This document shows positions 26,233 through 39,940 of a stretch of DNA of 64,000 bases, piece after piece (position 1 is the first letter of the stretch; each line of letters begins with the position of its first letter). The position numbers were made by a program, and so were the translations under genes. Source of the stretch: the human T2T-CHM13v2.0 reference genome, Homo sapiens. The notes under the pieces are model-generated. The model saw nothing but the letters and a program-made list of their open reading frames with translations, did no database searches and had not been told where the DNA came from. Where the stretch lies: NCBI RefSeq assembly GCF_009914755.1, contig NC_060931.1; one strand, written 5' to 3'.

Positions 26233-27879
26233 TCTGGTCAAATTTCTGAGGGCATGAGCGCTGTGTCATTTTCTGTTCTTGCCTCTTCCGTAGAACCAGC
26301 TAGTTCAAATACAGCGGGTAGTCTCAAGTTGCTGCTGGTGACTTCAGCGATGTTCCTTTGTAAGACCTGGTGGTTTCCTTCTTTTATCTGCATGAAGTTT
26401 CCCAGAGATTGTTTTGAAAAGTATCTGCATCATGTTTCTCAGGTCATCTGCAAAACTATTTTCCAAAGATTCAAAGGAGGATTCAGGAATCAGCGAAGGG
26501 AGAAAATAGAGGCTTTTCCCCATCTTTCGTGATCTAACTTTCTCAAGCACTGAAGAGCTCTTGTCAGTGATATTTTTGGGAACTCACTCAAACTGAGGAA
26601 ATTCACAGCTAAGGCTGATGTTCCTGGACTCTTGGCATTGTGTTGCCTTAGAAATTTCTTTTTCAAGACTATAGATTGCCCAGCTTCAGCCTGGACTTGG
26701 CATTTTCTGACTTTTGACAAGGGGGCCTTTTACAGTATTTAAATAAAGGGTGTGAGGGGTCAGGTGGGAGGTGGGGAAGGGGCATTGTTGGTATATAACA
26801 CAGGATAAGGAATTAGGAGATGCTGATGTGAAATTGAGTTTGAAAATCAGGCCTGTGCAATTGCTTTTTATTATATGACAACAATGCTACTTCTTCCTTA
26901 GAAAAATGAAAAAAAGGCAGACACGTTACATGCTCTAGTTTAAGTATGTTCCAGATACTTCCTCTTAAGCAAAAGCCTTCACTTAACTGCCTGTTAGCCA
27001 CCAAACTACTAGACTGCGTGTATCAGGGAGTCATACTTGACCTTGCTGAAAAAATGTACGCCTGTGGGATGGCAACAAGGCGAAAATTACTGTGTCTTTT
27101 CTCACCTTAGCTCTGCAGAAGGGCTCTAAGATTTTCGTAAAATGTCCTGTCCTCTAACAAAATGAAACTTCCCCACTGCTTGTTAGTATCTTTCCTTGAT
27201 CTAATCAGTAAGGAAACGAAGAGCTTGTTTTTCATGGCTTGCTTTCTAAATTTTCTGTGAGTAGGAATTTAATCATCATGGTCCTTTTTTTTAATTAGAA
27301 TGGACTAGACTTAAAATGTTATTATCAGCCTAGATGTCTAAATTTCTCATGGCAAGGATGGGTCCTTCTGTGTAGAATTCTTCATTTAAGGGAGCTGCAG
27401 GGATTTCCTGAGCCAGCAAGGGACCATGGGGATGTGGCACGCTGGAGAACACCGCTGTCCAGCTGCAGTCACCGAACTGTGCTTCTTCCTCACAAGCTTC
27501 TCTCCAAACCAGCTTTGTGGAGCAGCCTGGGGTGTGCTGTGGGGCTGGTCATCCTCTGTCATCCCAGGGAGGTCTGGGACCTCATCCTGTGGGAAGTCTT
27601 TAACTTTCTGGCTGGCATGAAGTCGGCCCTGTGATGGGCTGAGGGGCCCACTGACCCTGTGAGCAGGTGTGGGGTCAAGAGGGAGGAGTAGGCTGGGAAG
27701 GAGGAGGAGTCCCTGCTGCCCACCGGACACCTGTCCAATCCATGGGGTGTGTTCTAAACCCCTGACTCAGAAATGGCCCAGCTGAAGATCACGAATCCCC
27801 ATCAGCTCTGTGGAGCTGCCCTGGTCATGGTCCCGACAGTTCTTGTTTCGAGTTATTCAACAAGAAGTTATTTAATGCC

Positions 27880-28020
27880 TGGTATATGCCATTGATTTAT
27901 TCAACAAATATTTATTAAGTGTTTACTGCATTGCACAAACCCTGCTCGGCCCTGGAGATACAAGGAGAAATAAGACATATTCCCTGAGAGCCGTGTGTCT
28001 AGTGCAGGAGACAGATGCGT
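27880..28020 (-). mobile_element. L2 3' end
   Basis: ttattcaacaaatatttattaagtg...ctggagataca. Confidence 0.7.
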
Positions 28021-28239
28021 GTGGCTGAGTGCACCGTGTCACGGAGGTGTGTGAGGTGAAGGCTGGCAGGCCCCACAGTGACAGGTGGCTGGTGAATCAT
28101 GCACGAGGTTGGAAGTGCACGCATGTTGGATTCACCTGTGCACGTCTGGAAGCAGCGTTTGTTTCTTACAACTCTTTGGATTCACCTTACACCAGTGTTT
28201 TAGCACATTCAGAATTCCTGTAGAATAGAATAGCTTCAA

Positions 28240-29140
28240 AAACCTTTTAATTATTTGGAAAAGAATCTATGCTTATAATTGAATATTTTAAAAATATAGC
28301 AACTTTTTAAATGAGAAAAAGAAATAAAATGAGGATCATGGAAATGACTACTCCGATATATGAATATATTCCCCTCAGTCTTTTCCCTATTCCTATTTTT
28401 AAATGGTTGAGCTTATAGACTATTAAAATTTAATATTCTTCCTTTTCTATTTTTACTTCTGGTATTGTCATATAATTTTCCTCTACTCTTAAAGATTATT
28501 TGTAAGCAGGGTTTTAAAGTGATTTAATAATATTTCATGATTTGGGTATGCTTTTTTGATTTCACATGTTTGCTATTACAAATGAGGTTTTGATACCTGT
28601 CTTGGTCAACAAAATACTATGTTTTTATTAACAATTTTTCCTTGGTTCATTCAGATAAATTACTCTCACTAGAGCTAGTGTACCAAAGTGCAAGGGTGTT
28701 GTTTCAAGGTCTGTGATTAATGTGAGTCCATTATTTTGCAGAAAGGTTAAATAAATTTATGTTCCCGCCAGCATACCTTACCAGCCCTCTGTAGGGCTGT
28801 GTACACACCCCTAACATTCCCTGGCTAATTTGATAGGCAAAAACACCACTTTGCTATTTTAACTGTACTTCTTTTATACTAATGCAGTTAATTTTTATTA
28901 GCGATTTTTATTTCCTTTTCTGTCCATTTAGCTGCCTTTTCTATTTTTCTGTCTGCCTCTTAGTGGTTTTTTTTCTGTAACTTTTGTAGTTTGGCGTATC
29001 ACCTTTCTTTACTACATGTATTACAAGCACTTCTCAAGATTCCTATTTAATTTTTTTAAATGTTACATTTTGATGATGTACAAAATTTTATGTTTTTATG
29101 TTGAATCTATTGATGTTTTCCCCTTCAATTCCAAGAAGAA
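28240..29140 (-). mobile_element. Old L1 (L1ME-like) fragment
   Basis: AT-rich; tttgctattacaaat...ttcccgccagca...gctaatttgataggcaaaaa pattern. Confidence 0.6.
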
Positions 29141-31639
29141 GTGTAACTTTTGATATAAAATAACTCAGATGCCATCATTTCAGATTTTCGGTGTTGCTAT
29201 TTCGGAGTTATGTGAAGCTGACCTTCAGTGAATACACAGGGTCACGGTATTCGATGAGTGGGACCCACTTGTGTGCCATTTGAACGTAATGTGGTGGGTT
29301 CCAAAACAGGAGCAACAAAAAGCTTCTCGAAGTAAAGTGGAAGATCTGGGAGGGTGAACATTTAATTTCTATTTGGTTTGGTAGCCAAACAGTTAGAAAG
29401 ACATTTTTATTCATCTGGGCCCACAGTTCTGCAGGATTCTTTCTCTCGAGATCCCCCCTGCTCCAAATACTACTAATGCATACAACCTGGATTTATAGCT
29501 GCATTACAGCCCCTTTCTTCAGTCTATTCTCAAAGAAATGCCAGAGAAGAGGGTGGGGGAATAGAGACAAGGAACTGCCTCCAAATGTCAAGGGAAGACC
29601 TGTGTTTTTCTTGGACGGAAAAGCCGCATGATTTAAGTTTCAAGGACATCTTTGCTTTACCCCCTCTCTCCACTTTGTGTGTGTGTGTGTGTACATATTT
29701 CACTTAAAAGCAAGCTCTTAAAGAGTCGGGCTTCCAAGACCCTGTCTTCAAATATTCATTCACATTTTATTTGTTTGGAATTTTGTGGCAGTTTGGCCTC
29801 AGGAGGTTCAGAACGAGTTCTAACTCTTCTGGTTATAAGTAAGCAGCAGTTTGTCCTGGATGACAATCATGGACAGGATTGTTAAGGTCCTTGTGGGGAA
29901 GGAGCTGGGCTAATTTCTCTACATGAATACTCACTAAGTACTCAGAAGAAAACCCTCTAAAGTAGGATTCGTGAGTGCCCCATTTTGCTGACCTCAGGCA
30001 GAACAGGGGCACCAGGGTTGGAACAGGGGGGTCTGATGGCAGAGGCCCCGTGCATCACGCTCACGTGACTGCCCTTGCCATCAAAGAGCATAGTCCACGG
30101 CCAGCAGAGTGAGCGTGGCCTAGGAAAGTTCTACCTACAAACAGTGGGAGGAAAAGTGTGCTGGTCAACCAGGATTCGGTAGAGGATGTTGGCTGGTGAA
30201 CCCGTCTGCCCCGACTTCAGGAGCAGAAATGATGTGGAGGACAGATTCTTTGAGGATACCTGAGGATCTGGCCAGGCCCTAGGGGAACACTGAAAACATG
30301 ATTTTATTGTTCCGCAGGGGTCAGAGCTAGAAGTGTTTTGTTTTCAGATGAATCTGGAACCTAAGCCCATTCTGTAAGGAATTGCCACTTAGTCCTACAC
30401 ATTGAATGCAGAAAATTCTGATGGTTTAATGCCTCTCATTTGGGATATCCGAAAACAATTAGGGCTTATCTGGATTACTGCAGCGAAACAAAAACACTCC
30501 GTGATGGCCAAGTGTGGAGCTGGGAGGAACAAGAGGAAGGAGCCGGTGATGGCTTTGTGACTCTTTCCCCAAATAACATGCCCATGAATCAGAGGCTCTG
30601 GGAGAAGGCTGCTGGTGACTCAAGGCCGGGTAACCAGCGAGCCCTGACCGTCCCTCCGTGCAGGACTCGACTCGACAAGGAATCCAGGGAATTGCTCCGA
30701 CAACATCAGGCCCGGACTCTTATTTGTTTTCATGTTTGAGGGTGGATCTAAGCCCTGCAACATCATCAAAACATTGTTTTAATGCAGGTGCTGGTGCCAC
30801 ACGTTAGAGGGCTTGTGCCTGCCAGCAGTGGAAAAGTACCGCCTTGAGTCACCGCGGTGCTGAAGGTCACTGGGCCTCCTTACGCAAGCCCTGGACCCGG
30901 CGCCCATGAACTCGCTACCCTGGGCTGCGATTGTTCTTTCTTTGGTTTCCCTGTGAGCCCCAGTGACAAACCACCGGAACCCAGAGTGACTCACAGACAG
31001 TGGAGTGTCAGAGCCAAAAGGGGCCGTGTGAGCTTCCAACTCAACCCACAGCTCTGCCAGGAGAGGCAGCTGTGTCCAGAGGGGCAGGGAGACCTGCCTA
31101 GTGACCTGGCTGGTTGGTGACACAGCCAGGCCTAAGAATGGAGTCTTCTGGTGACAGTTTAGTGTGTTTGATCATGAGGAGAGCACTCAGACCCCACATC
31201 CTCGCGGTTGTCTGTTCATCTGGGACTCCGGGCCCCTGCCCACCTCCTCTGCTTCTCTCAGTGACACCAGGTGGTTTCTTTGCCTGGGATCCCCACACCT
31301 CCATTCTCTTGAGTGCTTGGAGCTATGACCTGTGAGGATCCTTAGAACTCAAGACTACTGGATGGAGAGGGGAGTGAAGGGGGCCAGCGGAAGCCTGCAG
31401 GTGCCTGGCAGGTGGGTTTCCCCTTCACTGCCTCAAGCGATGAGGTGGGGCTTCTGCGTCTTCAAGGATAAGAATCCCTGTGGATGTCCTCTTGGGTCTG
31501 ATGGCTTTAGGCTGCAAAGCCCTGAATTCCTCTTCTGAAATAGGCAAAGATGTGGGTGTGCTCACGTTGCCTTTTCTGAGCCAGCCCCCAAGCCCACAAG
31601 CTGAGCCTTCAGCTCTGCTAACGGTGCCTGCCCTGGGCC

Positions 31640-32760
31640 AGGTGTGGGGGCTTAGTGAGTAAGGAGCCCAGGAGGGGAGAAACACAGTGGGGAGGGAGTC
31701 CTGGACCACGTCCGCGACAGACCAGGAAGGGCTCAGCCAGTAAACTCACCTGGTTTTGGTGTTGGAAAGAACACCTGGCTCTTGTATTAAATATAACGTG
31801 GGTGCAGGGGAAGCCCAGCGGTGGGGAGACAGCGGGGAGGCAGCTGGTGTGGCCTGGTAGGAAGCAAGGATGTGGCTGGGGCTGGAGCACCATGTTGCAG
31901 AGAAGTGGATTTGCTGCAGATGTGGCCTGGCGCGAGTGGGACAGGGCTTGGATGTGAGGGCACGTGAGAGAAAGTGGTGAGAGGACATCCTGTCCCGGCA
32001 TGAGCGGCTTGGGATGAGCAGGCATCTCCTGGTGCAGAAGGCAGGGGAGGGAGAGCCATGTCAGATGTGGGTGCATAGAATGGGTGGGCTCCATCTCGGG
32101 TAGATGAAGTTGGATGAGTCTAAGGGGTAATTGGTTGGAGATATTCAATAGGAAGGTACCTGGGAATACACAGTGGGGCCCGGGGGAAAGATTTGGGTTG
32201 AAAATAAGTTTAGACTGGGCGCGGTGGCTCACGCCTGTAATCCCAGCACTTTGGGAGGCCGAGATGGGTGGATCACCCGAGGGTCAGGAGTTTGAAACCA
32301 GCCTGGCCAACATGGTGAAACCCCTTCTCTACCAAAAATACAAAGATTAGCCGGGGGTGGTGGTGGACACCTGTAATCCCAGCTACACTGGAGGCTGAGG
32401 CAGGAGAATCGCTTGAACTTGGGAGCTGGAGGCTGCGGGGGCCGAGATCACGCCACTGCACTCCAGCCTGGGTGACAAGAGCAAAACTGTCTAAAAAAAA
32501 ACAGAAGAAGAAAGAAAGAAAAGAAAGGGACATAAGTTTAGGAGAAGGCAATGGGTGGAGACTGAAGCCATGGTAGTGGGTGGTAGGGAGATGTCAGGGA
32601 GAGAGGAGAAAAGGGAGCCCTGCCAGGGGTGGGGGATGCAGTGCTCGCCAGCGTGACAGAGAAGCCACCAATGAGCTGGAAGGAGCTCCCAGGGAGGCTG
32701 AGAGGAGCCCCCGAGAGCCCGGGGAGGATGGCTCCAAGGAAGAGCCTGCTGTGCATGAGT
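31640..32760 (-). mobile_element. L2 remnant interrupted by an Alu
   Basis: ggagatattcaataggaagg...agatttgggttgaaaataagtttag|gaga...actgaagccatgg. Confidence 0.55.
32213..32531 (+). mobile_element. AluS (Sq/Sx-like), the only plus-strand Alu in the window
   Basis: gggcgcggtggctcacgcctgtaatcccagc...; TSD ATAAGTTTAG at 32204 and 32532. Confidence 0.95.
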
Positions 32761-35526
32761 GGGGCCCGAGCAGGTCCTGTCCTGTCTGCAGGGGCAATGA
32801 GCAGAGCACGTTGGATGGTTGGGGGGACACACAAGAGGCCCTCCTGTGCCACTGCAGCGTCACCGCCCACTCTGCCCAGGTCTGCCCAGCTGCCCGGCTG
32901 CCTCGGTTCCTGTCTGCCTGCATTTTTCCTCTGGCTTTTCCGAGGTCTTTAGCAGGCGGCTGTTCTCAGCAGTGGGAGCTGCGTTGCTGATGGCTGCACG
33001 AGCAGCTCTGTTGGGGCAGTGGGGGAGGCCATTGGGCTCCACCTGCACAAGGGTTGCCCCTGTGGCTGAGATGGGTAGGGGCTGAGCCTAGGTGGGGCCA
33101 AGGGCAACAGGTGAAATTCGATTTTTCTTTATCTGCAGTGCTACACTAATCTTATCTGCACTCTGGGGAATGGAGATTGTTGCAGAAATAAATATTTGCT
33201 TCCAGGGTGGTTCCGCAGCCCTCAGTCCCCGGCACACATCTGCCCCTCCCCTTGGGCCCAGCTCTGTAACAAAGACTCCATCTGCCTAGTCAGGGCCTCC
33301 TGGTGGCCAAGGGCCCTGAGGGCTCCGAGGGCTCTGAGGGCTGATTGCCGACACTGTAGTCTGGCAGAGACTGCAGACCCACCATGGCCACCCCTGCGAG
33401 GGCGCCTTGTATCACTGAGCCTCACCTCACTCTCCGGGGATGGAGACCTTCAAGACTGCAGGACCTTTGGTTTCTAGAGAGAAGACTACGCCCAGTACTG
33501 ATTCGGGTCCAATCAGAAAGCCATCCTGAGTGCTCATGGCAGGAAGAGATTAATCCGGAGCATTTTCTCACATGAGTGTGGAAGAGCTAAGAACTCGAAG
33601 CAGGTTCTTAGCAGGGGGTCACATAGAGACCAGCAAGTGCTAGAGTGGGGTGCAGGGAAGTCCCTCGTGGGAGCAGGACTGTGAAGCTGTCCCACGGGAG
33701 CTCAGCCGGAGGAGATGCCCCGCACTGGGATTGGCTGTGCCCCTGAGTCGGGGGTGGCCTGGGAGGAGAACACTCTTGGCACTCCTTCCTCCTGCCCTCC
33801 ACCTCCTGACAGGGCTGCTTAGTGGCTGCACCTGTCAGGAGAGGAGCAGGCGCCCATCAGAAGGGCAAACGGATGGTGGGGTGGGGGCAGGACGATGATA
33901 GTGAGGACCCTAATGTCCACTGTCCCTCTGGCTCTTCCAAGCACCAGATGCTCGGCCATGTCCTTGACTTGGTGTTATCTCAGCACTTACCACATCAGCA
34001 CAGCGGGGTCAGCATGACAGTGCTCCCATGGCGAAGACGGGGAGACCAACTTCCCCATCACAGCAGGGACACAGTGGGTAGAGATTTGAACTTGGATACG
34101 ACATCAGAGTCCACCGTCTTACCCACAGCGAGGTAGCTTTAGCTTGTCTAGTGTGCACACATATGACCATTCTGAGGCTGTCAGTGGATGGAGGTGTAGG
34201 GAGTCCACAGGGGAGCATGAAGCCGGCGTGGAAGGACCATTGTCCTCTCAACAGTGCCCTGCTGCTGGTGCTTACCAGTGGAGGAAATGCTACCATCTCA
34301 TTAGCCACCAGGACGTCCAGAAGCAAAGTGAATCGAGGGTCCAGTCTTCCTGCCACCACGCAGTGGCCAAGCACGCTGCAGAGGCCCCTGATCGATGCCT
34401 GCTGCGGCCGAGGTTGTGGAGGTCGTGTCGGGCCTGCTGCCGTGTCCCTGGTTTTGGAGAGATGCTGTTTCCTTGTGGACCACTAGCTGGATGCTCCTCC
34501 CTCCATCCCAAATGCAGTGACGTCCACAGTCTTCCAGTTGTGTTTGGTTTTTTACCGGCTGTGGGCTGGGGAAGGGGTCTCCATCTCAGTAGCAGTTTGT
34601 TCTGCAAGGACTCAGTGTTCTAGCTGACCTGGCCAGCCCTGAGTGAATCTCTTAGAAGATGAACAGTTACTTTAACTTGACAGCAGAGTTTGTTAAAGTT
34701 CTAGGAGTTAAATAAATGGTGTGACTAGCACATTTCCAGATGTGTACACACAGAACGGCAGTCATCAAGATGGCAAAACCATGATCTGTTTCCTTTGCTT
34801 CGTCCACTACAAGGTTTGCTCATGCAACTGGCTGTACCTGTTGGAAATGCAACAGCACAGCACATGACCCCATGCAGGAAAGGTGCAGGTGCTCCCCACT
34901 GCAGCCAGATGCAGGAAACCCAACTCCCCACCTTCTCCCCGTGCTCTTCCCCGGTAGGAAGTTGGTCTGTGGGTCTGTTGTGCACAGTGAAACCCAACGT
35001 GGCAGCATCTGGTGTCCTTCCATCGAGAGCATCCAACCTCCTGGAAACCCACCCTGGAGGTGGTCCTGGGATGCTGTGGGGCAGGTGGCAGCACGACGCA
35101 GTGCCCTCCCTGCTCTCCATGGTGGGCTGTCTCCCACCTGGTCCCTCTTATCACTGTCATCACTGACCGAAGCTTCCATGAACTTGTAGGTGAATGGCCA
35201 CCAAGCCGGTCCCTCCACCCAACTCCTCCCATGTTAACTAGGTCTTGAGACTTGTGACTCCTTTTTCTGTAATTAGTTCCTTTGCTTCTTAAGCACCTCT
35301 GCTGGTTCATGTGGGGGGTGAACACGTACAGATGAGGAAAGGAAGACCCACCGAGATGGGTGGCCTCCCCCAAAGTGGACAAACTACTGTCACCCACTGC
35401 TTCCTTCCTACCTGGAGGAAAGCCACAGGGTGCCTGCCTCCCCTCCCCAGGGGCACCTATCCTGTCAGGGTGACAGTGTTTCTAGGGACAGGGGACGACA
35501 GAGGTGCTTCTGGGATAATCTCTCAG

Positions 35527-36216
35527 TGTTGTGGGTTGAATCATGTCCCCCTAAAACTATGCTGACATCCTGATGCCAGTACCTATGAATGTGACTTTAT
35601 TTGGGCATAGGGTCTTTCCAGATATGCTCAAGTTAATATGAGGTCTTTACATGGGCCCTTAATCCAATGACTGTGTTTGCTAAGGAGGGAAGAGCGCATG
35701 GACACACAGAGAGAAGGCCATGTAACGGCAATGCTACAGCATGCTGTTATACTACACTGCACTCTACCAAGTGCTATACCAAGTACAGTAGAATATGACA
35801 CAATGACACAACATAGTGTGGCATAATACAGTGTGGTAGGGTATAATATAGTATGGCGTGGTGTAGTGTAGTACAGCATAGTATCGTATAGTGTAGTGTT
35901 GTATAGCACAGTGCAGTATAGCATAGCATAATATAGTGTAGTCCAATATGATATAATATAGTATAGCATAGCACTATAGGCAGAGATGGGAACCGTGCAG
36001 CTGCAAGCCTGGTGACTCCCAGGACCGACGGCAGCCACAGAAGCTGGGAAGGTTGAGGGGACATTCCATCCAGAGCCTCCGAGGGAACAGGGCCCTGCCA
36101 ACACCTTGATTTCAGGCCTCTGGACCCTGGGATTGTGAGGGAGGACATTTCTGTTGTTTTAAGCCGCATGTAAGGTTTGCGGTCCTCCGCGATGGCAGCC
36201 TCAGGAGCCTGTCACA
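35527..36216 (+). mobile_element. MLT1C-like MaLR LTR carrying a ~250-bp satellite insertion
   Basis: TGTTGTGGGTTGAAT...tatgaatgtgactttatttgg...ccctgccaacaccttgatttc...ttctgttgttttaagcc...CACA. Confidence 0.85.
35731..35978. repeat. Pentamer (TAGTR/TAGCA)n insertion inside the LTR
   Basis: Flanked by GGCA on both sides; first ~50 bp in the opposite orientation. Confidence 0.85.
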
Positions 36217-36714
36217 CCCTATGTGCTTGTGCAGGCCGGAGGCTCCACAGAAACGTCAGTGGTAACATGCGAGGGCAGTGCAGCCAGCTCCACAACAGGG
36301 CCAGACAGGTGTGGGGCTGGGGCAGCTGCTGTGGCCACCTCGGATTTTAAAAAATGGGGTTCAAACCTTTCCTAATTTGGTCAAACAGTATTGAAGAAAA
36401 AGAGGAAAGAAGAGAGAGGGGGTCAGTGAGACAGTCACCCAATAGATAGATGATGTTCAGTGAATTCCGACGTACACAGTTTGAAGGATCACAGGGCTCT
36501 GCGGACGGAGCCTCACACTTCTCGAAGTGGCTTCTCAGACTACATCTGGTCACTATAACAGCTCTGGCCCACAGATGAGAGACATGTTACGGTCCCTGTT
36601 TGATAGATAAAAGGCAGGTGCAGAGGGAGGTGAGGCCTGCCTTAAATCATGCGCGTGTCCATTCCTGACTCCAGACCTTGTTCCTTCTTCTGCACTGGAG
36701 ACGTGCTATGAAAG

Positions 36715-38823
36715 AAGAGTACAGTATGGTGCGGTGTGGAGTAGTGTGGTCACTATAGAGCAGAGCAGCATAGAGTAATGCAGTGCAATGTAGTACAGCA
36801 TCATAGAGTGTAGTGTAGTGTAGTGTCATGTAGTGTGGTATAGTGTAGTGCAGTGAAGCATACTATAGTGTGGTATAGTGGAATCTAGCATAGCGTAGCA
36901 TAGTACAGCACAGTATAGTATAAGATAGCATTGTATAGTATAGTGTAGCATGGTGTAGTATCATTTAATGTCATATACTGTGGTATACTATAATGTAGCA
37001 TAGCATAGCATAGTGTAGCATAATACAGTACAGTATAGTGTAAGATAGCATTGTATGGTATAGTGTAGCATGGTGTAGTATGGTTTAATGTAATATACTG
37101 TGGTATAGTATAGTGTAGCATAGCGTAGCATAGTGTAGCATAATACAGTACAGTATAGTGTAAGATAGCATTGTATGGTATAGTGTAGCATGGTGTAGTA
37201 TCGTTTAATGTAATATACTGTGGTATACTATAATGTAGCATAGCGTAGCATAGTGTAGCATAATATAGTACAGTATGGTGTAAGATAGCATTGTATAGTA
37301 TAGTGTAGCATGGTGTAGTATCGTTTAATGTAATATACTGTGGTATACTATAATGTAGCATAGTGTAGCATAGTGTAGCATAATATAGTACAGTATAGTA
37401 TAAGATAGCATTGTATGGTATAGTGTAGCATAATGTAGTTTCTTGTAGCATAATGTAGTGTGGTATAGTATAATATAGCACAGTGTAGTATAGTGTAGCA
37501 TAATATAGTCAGGCACAGTATAATATAGTGTAGCATAGCACAGTACTGTATAGTGTATGATCATATACTACAGTATGGTATAAGAGTATAATATAGCATA
37601 GTGTAGCACAGCGTAGTATAGTGTAGCATAATATAATGTGGTATAGTATAGCATGGCATAGTGTAGTATCATGTAGCATAATATAGTGTGGTATAATGTA
37701 ATATAGTATAGCGTGCATAGTATAGCATAATATAGTACAGTATAGTGTAATATAGCATTGTATAGTAAAGTTTAGCATTGTGTAGCATAGTATAGTACAC
37801 TATAAGAAAGTATAGTATAGTGTAGCATAGTGTATTGTGTAGCATATAGGCTTATACAGTATAATATGGCATAGTGTAGGATAGTGGGGTGTAGTGTAGA
37901 AACAGCATGGTACAGTATAATGTAGCACAGTGTAGCATCGTGTGGTGTAGTGTGGTATAATATACTACAGTACAGTATAACATAGCATAGCATAGCATAG
38001 TGTGGTGTAGTGTAATATATTATGGTACAGTATAATGTAGCACAGTGTGGTGTAGTGTATTATAATATAGTGTGGTATAGTATAATATAGCATAACATAG
38101 CATAGTTTAGTGTAGCGTAACATAGTACAGTATGGTAAAATACAGCATTGTATAGTATAATGTAGCATAACATAGTGTGGTATAGTTTAATATAATATAG
38201 CATAGCATAGTGTAGCATAATATAGTACAGTGTAGTATAAAACAGCACTGTATAATATAGTGTATATAGGGCAGTATAGTGTATAGTATAGTGAATGTAG
38301 GGTAGAATAGTGTAGCATAATAGAGCACAGTATAGTATAATATAGCATAGTGTAGCATAGCATAGTGTATTGTTTTATAGCATAGTATAGCATGGGTAGT
38401 ATAGTATGATACAGTATAGTGTAGCAAGTGTACTATAGTGTAGCATAATATAGTGTGGTATAATATAACATAGCATAGTGTAGCATATTGTAGTGTAGTG
38501 GAATGTAGTATGGTATAGTATAATATGGCATAGTGTGGCATAGTGTAGTGTATTGTAGCATAACACAGTGTGGTAGAGGATAATACAGTATGGCGTGGTG
38601 TAGTGTAGTATAGCATAGCATCGTATAGTATCGTGTTGTATAACATAGTGTAGTGCAGCATAGGAGAGTGTAGTACACACAGTATAATGCAGTATTGTGT
38701 AGTATAGTATAACATAGTGTAGTATAGTATAGCATAATACAGTGTAGTCCAGTATAATATTACACAGTATAGCACGGCACAGCACCACAGAGTATAATAT
38801 GGAATAGTGTAGTGCAGTATAGT
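36715..38823. repeat. ~2.1-kb degenerate pentamer array (TAGTG/TAGCA/TAGTA)n with 120-bp higher-order repeat
   Basis: The 120-bp unit is repeated about 4.5 times at 36886-37440 (37021-37080 is identical to 37141-37200). Confidence 0.97.
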
Positions 38824-39834
38824 TTCTGTTTTCGGAGGTGAGTAGCTATTATGTTTCAGTGAAAGCCTGACTCAGTGAAGCGGCCAGCGTGTCTTCCAAT
38901 ACAAATGATGACACACGTCTACATTACACTTACCCTTTGGAAAGGAACAAGATGGGGAACTTTTTGAGAGTCAGGCAATTTCTCCAGTCCAACTAGGGCC
39001 ACCCAGTTAATAGCCCTTAGTCACAGCATTCTTGGTGCACTTAGATGCTGGCGTCTCAGCAGGAGTAATGGGCTGACTCTCAGAAGCACAACAAACGCCC
39101 TGCCGTGATTATGGGCGTGGCCTTTCCCAGACCTCAGCAGGTGCTTTACGTGGCGTTGGCAGCACCTGCCTCCGGGGTGGGTTTGGAGCGGGTTGGGGTG
39201 AGGCTCGCAACCGCCACTAGGATGGCCCTGGCTCTCTCTGGCAGCTCTCCTGTCCATCCGCAGAGGCTGGCCGCCATTGTCATCTAGGAGCTAGAGCCCA
39301 TTTCTCCATGGCACTGAATGAGGCCATTGCCTCTCTTAGGATAATTGGGGTAGAAATAAATCCTGAATGCTTGGCTCACAGGCATTGAAGGTATCAAGAT
39401 CACACTGCTCCTCGCTGGGATAGTCCCTCTCTTTCTTCCCATTCCTTTTTACCTTCCCAGGCAGCCCCTCCTGTCCCCAGCACACTCCACCTGTGCCCCT
39501 ACCTGCCGTTGGTCCCACGGCAAACACTTCCTGGAGCATTTAAACCAGCAAGGCAATGCTCTGGAGACAATTGCTGACTGTCCTTGTTCCTTCCCGTTCC
39601 CCGGAAGAAGCCCACGTGAAATGTTATGATAACCTACAGATGACCATTTCCAGTAGAGAAAGAGCCTACCTTGTTAGATAAGTGAACTAATTGGCAGAAA
39701 TTCTATTATCTGCCATGTGAATTCTAATTTCTGGGGATAAGTATGCAGGAATTCATAGTTGGGGAGAGGGTGAAAAGTGCAAAGTAGCGTTTTCATGTCA
39801 GAAAGGAGTCATCGAGCAGCAATGTGAAGCCACT

Positions 39835-39897
39835 GTGTGCTTATGTGCATGCATGTGCACACGTGTGCATGCGTGCGTACATGTGCATGAATGCCTG

Positions 39898-39938
<41 letters not shown>
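39835..39938. repeat. (TG)n microsatellite with CATG-rich flank
   Basis: About 19 GT units at 39901-39938; palindrome TGCACACGTGTGCA at 39856-39869. Confidence 0.95.

Positions 39939-39940
<2 letters not shown>

Noticed and set aside
29200-29410. Complex unique segment suspected to be a pseudogene fragment
   Set aside because: Manual translations gave no recognisable protein.
30300-30640. Acceptor-like sites (ttgttccgcag near 30316, ttttgttttcag near 30347), plus a possible exon near 20810-20936
   Set aside because: Could be lncRNA exons, but I found no convincing donor pairing or ORF; cannot be supported without RNA data.
36885-38788. Tyr/Thr/Leu-rich ORFs with 40-aa repeats
   Set aside because: Artefact of the pentamer array and its 120-bp unit.
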